64,000 nucleotides of DNA from Spongospora subterranea f. sp. subterranea (Eukaryota): the NCBI GenBank assembly GCA_049724395.1, contig JAUGWO010000021.1, forward strand, positions 1 to 64,000. The letters run 5' to 3'. Both the position numbers and the translations under genes were made by a program. Under the pieces are notes generated by a model that had not been told where the DNA came from, did no database searches, and saw only the letters and a program-made list of their open reading frames with translations. This document shows, in pieces, positions 45,914 to 57,113 of the stretch (its first letter is position 1; each line of letters starts with the position of its first letter).

Positions 45914-46915
45914 CATACAAGCGAAGGAACCGCGCCAAAACAAAATGACAGCAATCAATGGTGAAACAGCACCAAGCTGACCGTACCGAGAAAAAGAAAC
46001 GAAAATTACAAAAACTAGACACACGCTTCAAAAACCTATTTAAAAAACACAAACACAAACACTTACTTAGGCTGGCAAAAGAAGCTAGTAAGGACAATAC
46101 GGGAACAGCAACGTGGAAGATGCTGAAAACCCTGATTCCGCAAACAAACAAAAAAGCATCGTATCTTCGCAACACATACCAACAATGCAATTGAAGAAGC
46201 AAATTCAATCGCAGAAATTTCAGCGCCATTTATAACCCAATCGATCTTGAGCTATTTAAAGATGAGCGAACAAAATACAATGAATGAATTGGTCATGGAC
46301 CTAAAACGGCGAAGGGCTTGTAGCCATGCACCACCCATCACAAAAAGAGAGCTGGACAAAGCAGCGACAAAGGCAAAGAGTAGAGCAGCTCCTGGAATAG
46401 ACGGGATCTCTTCAAAACTTCTAAAACAAATATGTGCAAATGACAGATTAGCAGACAGCGTCAGACAAGCGATTAACAATGACATCATTGTGAAAGGGTC
46501 ATTCCCAGATACCTTCAAGATGGCAAAAATAATCCCTTTACCGAAATCAAAAACCGGTGACTACCGCCCGATAGCCTTGTTGACTTCATTGGCAAAATTG
46601 GTTGAAAGTATCATTGAACATCGACTACGCCAGCAATCAGAGAAGCACATTCCGAAGAATCAGTCAGGCTGCAGACCAGCTCACAGCACCTCAAATGCGT
46701 TGCTTAGACTCCTACACAATTCAGGCATTGCTGCCGTATCAAAAAATCGATTTGCAGTGGTCCTATACGACTACATGAAAGCTTTTGACAGAGTCCAACG
46801 GCCACCCTTGATAGAAAAAGTTGAATCGCATGGGAATAGAACCATATCTAACACTGTTGATCGATGGCTGGTTAACGAACCGAATGTACGAGGTGCATTT
46901 TCGAAATGTACGATC
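45914..46915 (+). pseudogene. LINE reverse transcriptase fragment (second lineage, opposite orientation)
   Basis: APGIDGI, KMAKIIPLPK, YRPIALLTSLAKLVE, QSGCRPAHST, DYMKAFDRV; a diverged paralog of 47500-48400. Confidence 0.88.
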
Positions 46916-49900
46916 ATCCTGCCAACAATGGGAGAGGTGGTAATTCAGTTTTCCACCTATAAATCCTTGACATATTTTTTGGAAAGTTGAGCATGGGATT
47001 CGGTATTTTCGCAGCCCTCTCATCAATTTACACCTTGTTCTAATGTCTTTAGCTACTTCTTTGAGGTCAATTTTGAATGCTGAGTGGTTGTTCTCATCAT
47101 TTGCTCTTAAAGTTTCCCCTAAATAGCGTACTGTGCCTGTTTTTTTAATTTTTTTCCTGTTTACAGTTATTTGGTCTCTCTGTGCGTGTTCGTTGAACAT
47201 CAAGTGTGTATTTTTCCATTGAATTTTGATACGGGGTCACAGTGCACCATTCTTGTAGCTTTGCGCTGTCAGTTCTCAATTGGTTTTGTACTTCCTGGTT
47301 TGTTGTTCCCGTTGCCCATTGTGAAGTGTCATCTACATATACATTACTGTTGATGGTTTCTATAGGCGCATCATAGATATAAATGATCCATAATAATACA
47401 CTAATACTAGATCCTTGAGGGATCCCATTTTTCCTGGTAGTGTGGTTCTGTAGTTGTGTTTCTGTGACATACGTCAAAGATTCTTTGGGTCAACCATTGG
47501 TCAATGAGTAAGAATTAGGTATGGGTCTATTCTCATATTTCTCATCTTTTGCACTAGTAGTGTTCTCTGTACTCTGTCAAACGCTTTCATAAAATCATAT
47601 ACAATTAACGTCCATTGCTGTTCTTTAGCTGCCGCTAATCCTGCATTATGTAGCAATCTTAATAATGCATGTGTTGTGCTTTGGGCGGGTCTGCACCCGA
47701 ATTGATTGTCGGGTATGTGCGTTTCCGCTTGTTGTCTTATTCTGTTCTCTATAATCCCCTCTACCAGCTTGGCTATGTTTGGTAATAGTGATATCGGTCA
47801 ATATTCTCCTGTCTTCTCTTTAGGTAATGGCCTTATTTTAGAAATTTTCATTTCTTGTGGGAAGAATCCTAGATCGATAATATCGTTATTGATTGCACTC
47901 AGCAATGCGTATTTGATCGTATCATTTTTGATTAGCTGTTTGAGGAGACTATTCGGTATTCCATCGATTCCTCCGGCTGATTTGCTGTTGGTTTTTGTCA
48001 CTGCTCTTTCCAGTTCTCTACTGTAATTTTTACGGGAGGTTGAGATACCCTCTCTCTCCTTAGGTTTTCAATCAGTAAGTCGTGCTCTCGTTGCTCTTGT
48101 TCATCGAGATACAGACCGGTTTCGTTGTAGATTTGTTCGAAATTCACAGCTATTTGTTCTGCTTTCTCTTTTGGATCAGTTTCATATTTTCTTCTTCTTT
48201 TGCTGATTGTTTTAACCAGTTTCCATTTTTTAGCTCCCGTTTCATCAGTGCAGGCTTGTTTGATTTCTGTCCTTAGTCTTGCTGATTTTGCTTTCTGAAA
48301 TTGTTTTCTAAAAGATAACTCCGCTTTTCTCATTTCAGCTTGTCGGTGTGCAATAAATCGTTGGCTTTGGCTCTTCATGATTGCTGTCCGGAGCTTACGT
48401 TTGAGCTTGTTTCGCAATTTTAAAGCTATCTTTATTTTCTTGTTCCAAAACTTACATCTTTTTGGTTTTACGTGTTTGTGTTTAATGCTCATTTGCATCG
48501 TTCCATGAAGTCTGTCAATCCTATGTTTCTGTTTTCCATATTTTGTATTTCCTCTTCTAATGCTTTCAGTGTCGCTTGTGTGTCTATCCTATGAATTCTT
48601 TTACGGTTTGGAGGTAGCCTTTGAGTTGATTTCCTCCTAATTGTTGTTTCAACTGTTGTCGGTAAATGGTCACTGTTTAACTCAGTGTGTACTCCCCATG
48701 TTATGGTCTCCTTTGCCATCTGCCGATTAGCGAGGGTGATATCTAGTGTGTTGTTACCTCTTGTTGGTTTCAGGAATATAGATCAATCTGCATGTTTCCA
48801 GGCATTGTATCAAGGTATTTGTGGTTTTCGTCGTGGTTGACTCCAAACCGTTTGTCTTTGGTATTTAGGTCACCTGTTATAAGTATAGGCTCATCTCGTG
48901 TTTCGACATATTTTCCAATCTCCTTCCAGTATGCTTTCCTCGTTCTTCTATCAATATCGGGTGATATATATATATGATTCAGTATTGCATCACAATATAT
49001 CTTCACTATTTGTGTCATTTTTCCGTTGGTCCCGTATGTTTGGATTGCAGGCACGTGCATTACATCTACTTGTACGTGGTCTCTCCAGAACATTCCAGAT
49101 TGGGTATATTTGTCATCGGCTTCAGGGTTTGAGAAGTCGTCAATTTGGCGTCTATGGTTTAATTCGGATATACATATTACATCGATGCGGTTGTTATCTG
49201 CAAATAGAGACAGTTCTTTTGACTTTTGTTCGCTTAGGGAGCAGGCATTCCATTGAGCGATCTTTAAGTTCCTGGTTGTTCGTATTTTTCTGCTTTTCGT
49301 ATTGATTCTCATGAAATATTGTGCTATTTTCATCTGCCGTTTGTGTGTTTTAGAGCCGTGTATGATCTTGTCAACGATGTTTGTTCGCTTTCGTTCATCG
49401 GTGCTCTCACTTTGTGGTTTTACTAGTGCAATGCTTCCATTGGTTTCTGCTATAGTGTTTTCCTTGTTGTCTGCTTCCAGTATTTTTCCGATCAATTTGG
49501 TGATTTCGTAGTGGCTCATCTGGTTAGCTGGGGTTGGTTTTGTCGCTGTTTTTCGCTTTATGTTTTCTTTGTCTGCAACTTCATTGCATTGTCTCTCACC
49601 GTTGGTATTCTGTCTTTTCCTCTGCTTTGCATTGTTGTCCTTATCTATCCGCAATCCTCTCTTTTTTGTGCATATTTGTTTAGTGTGCCTTTCATATTTG
49701 TGACGTCGTGTGAGTTGTTCGGGTTGATCATCGAAATTGTCGCATAATCGGATCCTTTTCGGACTGTTGATTTTACCGTGTCTCATTGGGTTGTCTGGTG
49801 ATTGGTTTATCGTAGCTTGCTGTTTGAAATTATTATTCGTAACAGTTTGAGCTGCTGATCTGTTTAATATGTTTGATAGTTTGTACTGATCAATGTATAG

Positions 49901-51347
49901 GTCACATTTGTCTGGTGTCATCGTATCGCTATTCTTCCACTCACTATCCGTTGTAGCTATAGGGATTAGGGTTCCATAATGGTTCAAATTCTGATGTCTC
50001 ATTGATGTTGATGGTTTCCCATGCATGTGGTGTAACAGGTATATGGTTTTGGTCCATGGTATTACATCACGTAACTTCGGTAGCATGTTCTCTATCTATT
50101 TCTGTATATCTGTTATGAGCGGTGGATTCGACTGACTTATTACTATAATGTTCATTTTAAATTTGTATGCAGCGATGGTGAGTCCGAACAGCCCTCCCCA
50201 TTGTCTTTCTATACTCATTATGCTCAGATATTCGTCCAATCCTATGCTGTTGTTGTTTGGCAACGATCCTATATAGGGCGTTAAGTTTTTAGCAATGGTT
50301 CTTCCTTGCTCAGGATTTCTAGCGTGTTCACATATGTTTTGCACTGTCATATTCGGGATCGCTCATGTTGCTCGGATCGCTTCGAAAGCACAGTTTCCTA
50401 TTCCGATCACATCTCTAAGTACGTATTTCGTATTCTCTATCGCCACCATGCATGATGAATGTAGTCCTTTGCTGTTTCCTCCTTTGCATGGTGTTATTTG
50501 TTCTAGTGTTTTGTTTTCACTTGTTTTCCATACTTTGCTGTTATTTTGGTTTTTCGTATGTTTCACTTTCATCCACTCCCTAAATTGAAATAAAATTACT
50601 GTTTTTCAACTCCAAGTGTCACGTGATACTCAGCATTGGTTGTCGCAGGGGGCGTTATCTATGTTCGGGGAAGCAGTATAAGACCCAGGCCTTCCAGACA
50701 AAGGGAATAGACCACAGCATACCACCCCAGCGGCTTTCGGTGTAGGTAAATTCTGTTTGCATTTGGTACATCTTGGTGTGTCCCTTTGTCATATTTGCTT
50801 TACTGTAAATTGATTTACAGATAACGCCATGGGCATTGGATTGCCCAATGTCCCGCTTCCGCGCAAGTAGTGCATCTGGACTCCGCAGTAATCTTCTTTG
50901 GACATGAGGTAGCCATGTGGGATTGACCGCATGTATAGCAGGCAATTCTGCCACACTTATTCTTTTCCATGCAATTAATCTAGTAGCAAGTTTCACACAC
51001 CCGTATTTCCTTTTTTTGAAAGGCCTGTGTCTTATACTACTTCCCGAATATCGAGACTGTCCCCTGCGATATCCAATGCTCCGCATCTCTTGCCATTTGA
51101 AATTGGAAAACAGTCGTTTTGTCTCCAATTTGTGTTGCTTTATCAGGCTTTTTTCCCTTCCATCCTTGGATCGCCATGCCATTTTTGACGAGATATGGTG
51201 GTATTCCTTGGATGATAACTTTACGGCTATTGTCGTGCTTGGAATGTGATGTAGGCCTGATGCGGATGCCTTTTCTCCAACAGAAATTCAGCAGGGCTTT
51301 GTATTGTCCTGTTGAGTTGGAGTTAGTTTCGCTACTGTCTTATTTAC
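46916..51347 (-). mobile_element. LINE (non-LTR retrotransposon): ORF1 with Zn knuckles, ORF2 OTU-like + APE + RT; decayed
   Basis: ORF1 CYTCGQSHMATSC and CTTCAEAGHWAIQC (about 50835-50940); OTU-like GNCAFEAI..WGG..NHY (about 49975-50430); APE IAQWNACSL, ICISE, ITGDLN, SDHLP; RT GIPQGS, YVDD, VRYLG. Confidence 0.9.
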
Positions 51348-54300
51348 TGTAGTGCGGCAGCGTTAGCGCGGATGATGCGCCTTAGCGCTCTTCTCATACC
51401 TGTCCGTAATACCTGTCCGTACGCATTCCGTACGTGTTATGAATACAGAGCTTTTTGACTGAACGTTCTAGTTCTACGCCCTTGGGCTGCAACAGTGATC
51501 ACTACGCTTCCTCCTTAGGGCGTAAAAGTTTATGCAATTGAGGTCAGGGAAAACCAGCAACAATCCCATGACACCTTCTTCTATACCGACCAACCGAAGT
51601 TCTGATGCCAAACCAACCATAACCCCTTCTTCTATACCGACGAACCAAATTTCTGATGCCAAACCAAAAATTTCTTATCTGGATGTTTCCCTCTGCCTCA
51701 CTCCAAGCTGTTTTCACAAGTTTTATGCAACAACAGCAACAAACCAACCAAGTGATGAGCCAGCTGCTACTGCAACTTTGTAAAGAGTCAAAGACTGACG
51801 AGCCCGCTGTCTCTGCTCAAGCTCCTGCCACGAAAACTTATCCCATTTCCTCGTCTGAACTACCAAAGTTCAGTGAGATTATTTCTACTGATGATGCCTT
51901 TCGCTACCTGGGCACAGCGGATATCAGAAGCCTATCGGATGACGATCGTCTGATTGTCCGATCCTTCAAATTTTTTTCCTTTAGAGCGCGCTTCACCAAG
52001 CTAACCCGATTACTTGGAGATGATGCCAGACTGCAACATCTTTACTGTTGTCTAGTTGGGCAAGCCCAGGAACGAGCCGTGTTAATGGATGCTTCGACAA
52101 GCGAAGAACTTTTCGGGTCCCTAGCGGAGCGGTATGCCTCGGCAGCAGATCCCGGCGCTCTCGAGGATACCATTCGCCACAAACTAGAGTGCTCCGTACC
52201 TTTCCCCACTGAATCTATCGCAGAATATGTTTCCAGGTTCGACCAGTACTACCGCTTTGCTAAAGAGGTATCACCAAATTTTTCCATCTCGGAACCGACA
52301 TGTTGCCGCTTATTCCTACATTCCCTGCGTTCCCGCACCGCCCTTTTCAGTGCATTGGTCTACGCATCTGGTCGAAAGGTTAGTCGACTCGAGGAAATTT
52401 TCAGTCTAGCCCGAGACTGCGAAAGCAACCTTAGTATGATCCAAGCGGCGGAAACTTTTGCCTCACACCCACCACAGAGACGAGATTCGCGACCAAACTT
52501 CGGTTCTTCTAATTGCCCTGAAACCTTTTCCACCAACCGTAATCACCATAATCCTCCAGAGTCGAAACCGCCCTGAAAACTTTGTAAACAACCGTTTTTC
52601 CCAGCATCGAACGCAAACACCTGCCGAAGACTCCAGCAGAACTCATTCTCGTTTTCCACAACGCCACACATCAGAGAAACCGTTTATCAAGCGAGTCTCT
52701 ACGGCTAGCCCTCCCCTTTCTACGGTTTACGAATATTCGGAAGATCGGCTCATCTCGACGCCAGGTGTCTCCCGCGTGACGTTCGAAACAGTTTCCCCCT
52801 TCCCTACTCTTACTTCTCCACCTGAAATTGAAATTTCGCATGTTCAATCTGAAAACGTGACCGAAATTTCCTCTCAACGTACTTTAAGAACGGCCGTTCT
52901 GTCGGTAGGCTCAGCAAAAGCCGTCGTTCCCATAACAATAGATGATGGTGCGGAGTTTTCCGTAATGAGTAAAGAGTTTTATATCAACTTCCCCAATTTG
53001 GCTATTCCCATAGAGCCAATCACTTTTCGAATGGCGAACGATCAGGAGGCCACCTGCTCCAGCTATGTACTTTTCGATGTTTCCCTGGAAACTCGCCGGA
53101 AACGTTACCCTCAGGCGCCACCAGATCTATGTTGCTGACATTCCTATGTCGGAAGTTCTGCTTGGAAGACCTTTTTTGCGACGCTTGGGCATTGATGTCG
53201 ACGCGCTGATTTGTCTGATGGCAACCCATTCTGTGGATGAGAAACCTCGGGATCAGGAATATTTCGTTGACCATGTTTCCGAGGAGGCACCATCTCCAGG
53301 AAAAAACTCCCTGGGTGATATAAGAGCTACACTGGAGGAACGGTTAAATGACTGCTCGGCTCTCGATCCTCCGCCGTGGTTTCTGTCTGAGCTTCGCATG
53401 ATACTCTCTGAATTCGTTGATGTTTTCCGAATTTCGCTTTGTTCTGACCCCCCTGTTAATGTTACGCCTCTGCTATTGAAGCAACTCCCTGATGCTGCCC
53501 CGTTATTGGCAAACGCAAGGATTCTGTCTCCGGTTGCTCGCTCCTATATGCGATCGTGGATTACTGAATTAGAGAAGTGCGGATTAATTTTTGCAAATCA
53601 TAATCCGTCATGGGCACTACCTGCGTTCGTTGTTGATCCTTTCAAGAAGCCTCGCATGGTTATTGATATGGTTCCCGCGAACAAATCAATGGTAAAATTC
53701 TATTTTCCTATGCCTCACTTACAGTCTTTCGGATGTCACTTACGCAACTCTTCTGTTTATTTCACGTTGGATTGTTTCAAAGGATACTGGCAGTTTCCTG
53801 TTGAAGGTGATCTAGACTGTCAAAGTTTTGTAACCCCGTTTGGAGTATACACTCCAACCAGAGTCTGTCAAGGAAATTGCAATGGTGTTTTTGCCTTCCA
53901 AAGAGGAATGCATGAAATTTTTGGTGATTTAGTTCCTAGCCAACTGTTCATCTCCGAGCTCCGCCTTGACTTAAGAGATTGGCTAATTCTTATTCCCCTA
54001 GTTCGCTTTGCGCTCAACCACACTACGCCTCCCGATCGGCCGGCTGCTGTCACACTCTTTTGTGGCCTACCGCCCTCCTCACCATTGGATTCTATATGGA
54101 ACCCGAAATCCCAATCCATAGTCTCTGTCCCTCTAAATTCGGATCAACTCTTTGCTTTAGTGGAGGACCTTCGCCAAGCCCTGCAAAAGTGGCATAAACA
54201 TGTTGGGGAGACACGTGACCGACGGCGTCTAGCCGAAAATTGCGAATTAGGGTTAAACAAACTTTTCTGTGGGAGATTTTGTCTTAGATCAAATATTTTA

Positions 54301-54805
54301 AATGCTTTAAAAAATAAGTTGAAGGTTCTCTGGACCGGGCCCTTCCGTATAACAGCCGTAAATTCGGACTACGTTTTTACTGTTGAGGATATACATACGA
54401 AAAAATCCTCAATCTGCCAGGAACGAGAAGGCTGAATGCTGACTCACACTGAACATTGATCGGGAATCAGAGTACGTATTTTCCTCAGTTGGCCTGGATG
54501 TTCGCTATGATCCTAATACTTGTATTTGGGAAGCTTATATTTCATGGCTCGGTTTTGAAGAGATTGAAAATTCGTGGGAGCCGCTCCCAAACTTCTCGAG
54601 GACTGCCCGATTTTTATTAAGCGACGGCTCAAAGCTCTGAAATCATGCTCGCCCGAGCTGAAAGACTTCTTAGTTCGAGGTGGCGCGCCCTAGCGCTCTT
54701 CTCATACCTGTCCGTAATACCTGTCCGTACCCATTCCGTACGTATTATGAATACAGAGCTTTTTATTGACTGAACGTTCTAATTCAACGCCCTTGGGCTG
54801 CAACA
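51348..54805 (+). mobile_element. Gypsy LTR retrotransposon with a large internal deletion
   Basis: LTRs 51348-51494 and about 54681-54805 (both end CTTGGGCTGCAACA); gag 51656-52576; protease IDDGAEFS; RT LDCFKGYWQ fused at about 53948 to the integrase C-terminus; decayed chromodomain near 54540. Confidence 0.9.
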
Positions 54806-54849
54806 TTGGTGTGCAAGCGGCGGAATGGAGCCGATATAATCTAACAAAT

Positions 54850-55725
54850 TCCAAAACATACTCACTTGACAATTGTGCCGATAACCCTCGAATCGGTTTA
54901 CGATTCCAGATTCGTCACCGACACTTGGAATATTTTATTGATTGGGAAGATATCCACCATCGGAACGGTCATGGGAACCAGCTGCCACGCTAAGAGCCAC
55001 GGATATGTTGGTGGACGAAGTTCAAGCCTTCCACAGGCAATATCCCGAAAGGGCAGGGCCGAGGATAAGACGCCCTAAGGGATAAGGCAGTATAATGTTA
55101 GGACCAACCTGTTCCATGTGCCCATCAGTCACGCAGGCGATTTGGACTGTCGAATAAATCCTTTTTGTAATGGGCTCCTGCAAGTACGCCTTCAGCGCGC
55201 GTCTGCTCGCGAGCAGATAGTCCATACAGGCGATTGAATGGTGGTTCCTTGCCTTCGTGCAGGTCAATGGTACAATCAAACTTCCTATGTTCAGGTAATT
55301 CGTCGCATTTCGCCTTATCAAAAACATCGAAGAAATCGGTGAACTTTCAGGTAGTCCACTTTGCTGTAATTGTGTGAAATTACATCATGATGCACCAAAA
55401 TGTAAGTCAAACGGGTACCCGGATTGCCAATGACCAAGAATTATTTAACCTGACGAGATGATGTGCGATTTCGCGTGGTTGACTGCCGAAAAATTTGCAC
55501 ATTGTCTAGGTAGCATTGCGAGCCAATCGATTATTGGATTGTGATGGACGAGCTATGGCATCGGAACGGTCATGGGAACCAGCTGCTTCAGCAGTGATGA
55601 GTCCGTTGGCATGCAAATCACAGGCAATATCCCGAAAGGGCAGGGCCGAGGATATTGCCTGTGGAAGGCATAAGCAGTATACTGTTAGGACCATACCATG
55701 TTCCATGTGCCCATCAGTCACGCAC
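54850..55725 (+). repeat. Two decayed copies of a chromovirus 3-prime end (chromodomain remnant and LTR start)
   Basis: Shared blocks CATCGGAACGGTCATGGGAACCAGCTGC, CACAGGCAATATCCCGAAAGGGCAGGGCCGAGGATA and TGTTAGGACCA..CCCATCAGTCACGCA at about 54958-55135 and 55559-55724. Confidence 0.7.
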
Positions 55726-55733
55726 TTAATAAA

Positions 55734-57113
55734 GGGCGGCTACATAAAACACTGGCCGCACTAACTGGCCGCAGTTTCTTGGCCAGTTAGTGTGGCCAGT
55801 GTTTTCTGTAGGCCGCTGGTAGGGTGTGAATTAACCGGCCGCATTCACTGGCCTGATTGATCAAAGTAGGCCAGCGATTGCGGCCAGTTAATTCACACCC
55901 TAACTAGGGTGTAACAGAATTCACTGGCCGCACTAGCTGGCCAAAACCTGCAAAATTGTTTAGAAACTGGCTAAAAATTTGAAATTTCAAAGTCATAGTG
56001 TGTCTTAACTCTTCTTTCTACAGAGCTGATTCAGTTTCTCACATAATGCAGCGACGAACACCGTTAATTCACACAACAGGCCGGCCACATCTCAATGCTG
56101 CTGCTATGTGGAAGGCAGCTTCGAAAGCTGTCGTCTTTCCCATTACGTTTTCTAATTACAAAGGGAAAACTATCACAACTTCTTCATTTTTTTCTTGAAA
56201 TTGTTCAAGCGGGGCACATCCTATCAAGCGGCTGTTAGAAATGCATTCTTTTCATTGTATTAAATCTTAACATAGAACACATAATAAGAGAGACCACGGC
56301 TTTCGAATTTGCCTTCCACATAACAGGCTCTGCCGCGTTCTCCAGGTCGTTGTAATAATACCGACCAGGAATTTTGACGGTTTCTTGACGCAAGATGTGC
56401 ATAAAAATGTGAATCTGTGTCCGATGTGGATGAGATGCGAGCAACAAGACGCCAGTGGAACCCGTTAGCAGTAACTTGTTCATTACACATCAAGCTGTCA
56501 GATGCACACTCTACTGGCAGCTCGATCAACATGATATTCTCTGGCATTGATACAATCTCGCGAACATCTTTCGTAAGAACCTGGGAACCAAATGAATACA
56601 CAGCAACGGAACATGCTTTCAGCCTCTACCATATCACAGGCCGGGTCTGAGCAAAGTCGGTTGGTCATTTCCAATCGCTGTTGGAACAGCGGATAAGGCC
56701 CGCACAAACTTTGTAATGCAGAGTTATGACAACATCGTTGGCTTGTTTTGGGATGAAGTAATTTCTTAGATTTTGTGCAGCGAAACTGCCAATGGCATCG
56801 CTGCATCAAATTCGCTTTTTCCGACATCCGTTCGAACCTGTAACTGCATTCACCGCTGAAAGCCAGTGGAACGCCATCTTTGTCCAGCTGGTGTTCACTA
56901 CTGTTAACAGGCGAATATGCGAAGTCCTGTTCTTCGAAATCACACGCTTGCCAATCCATTCGCTTCACCATGACGAGAACTGAAATGCGGACATCACGAG
57001 ATATTCCGTTCGCCAGATTTTAGTTCGCGCAAAATGTGATATTCCACGTGACGCAGTTTCTAGCCAGTATGTGCGGCCAGCTTTTGCAGGTTTTGGCCAG
57101 CTAGTGCGCGGCC
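55734..57113. mobile_element. Cluster of hAT-like termini and hairpins plus a 1.2-kb TIR element
   Basis: Hairpins at 55734-55818 and 55820-55902 (TAGGG..CCCTA); a third TAGGG start at 55905 whose GCACTAGCTGGCCAAAACCTGCAAAA is inverted at about 57082-57107. Confidence 0.65.

Noticed and set aside
50655..51182. 175-aa ORF as LINE ORF1
   Set aside because: The Zn knuckles are in a different, stop-interrupted frame; the listed ORF is off-frame.
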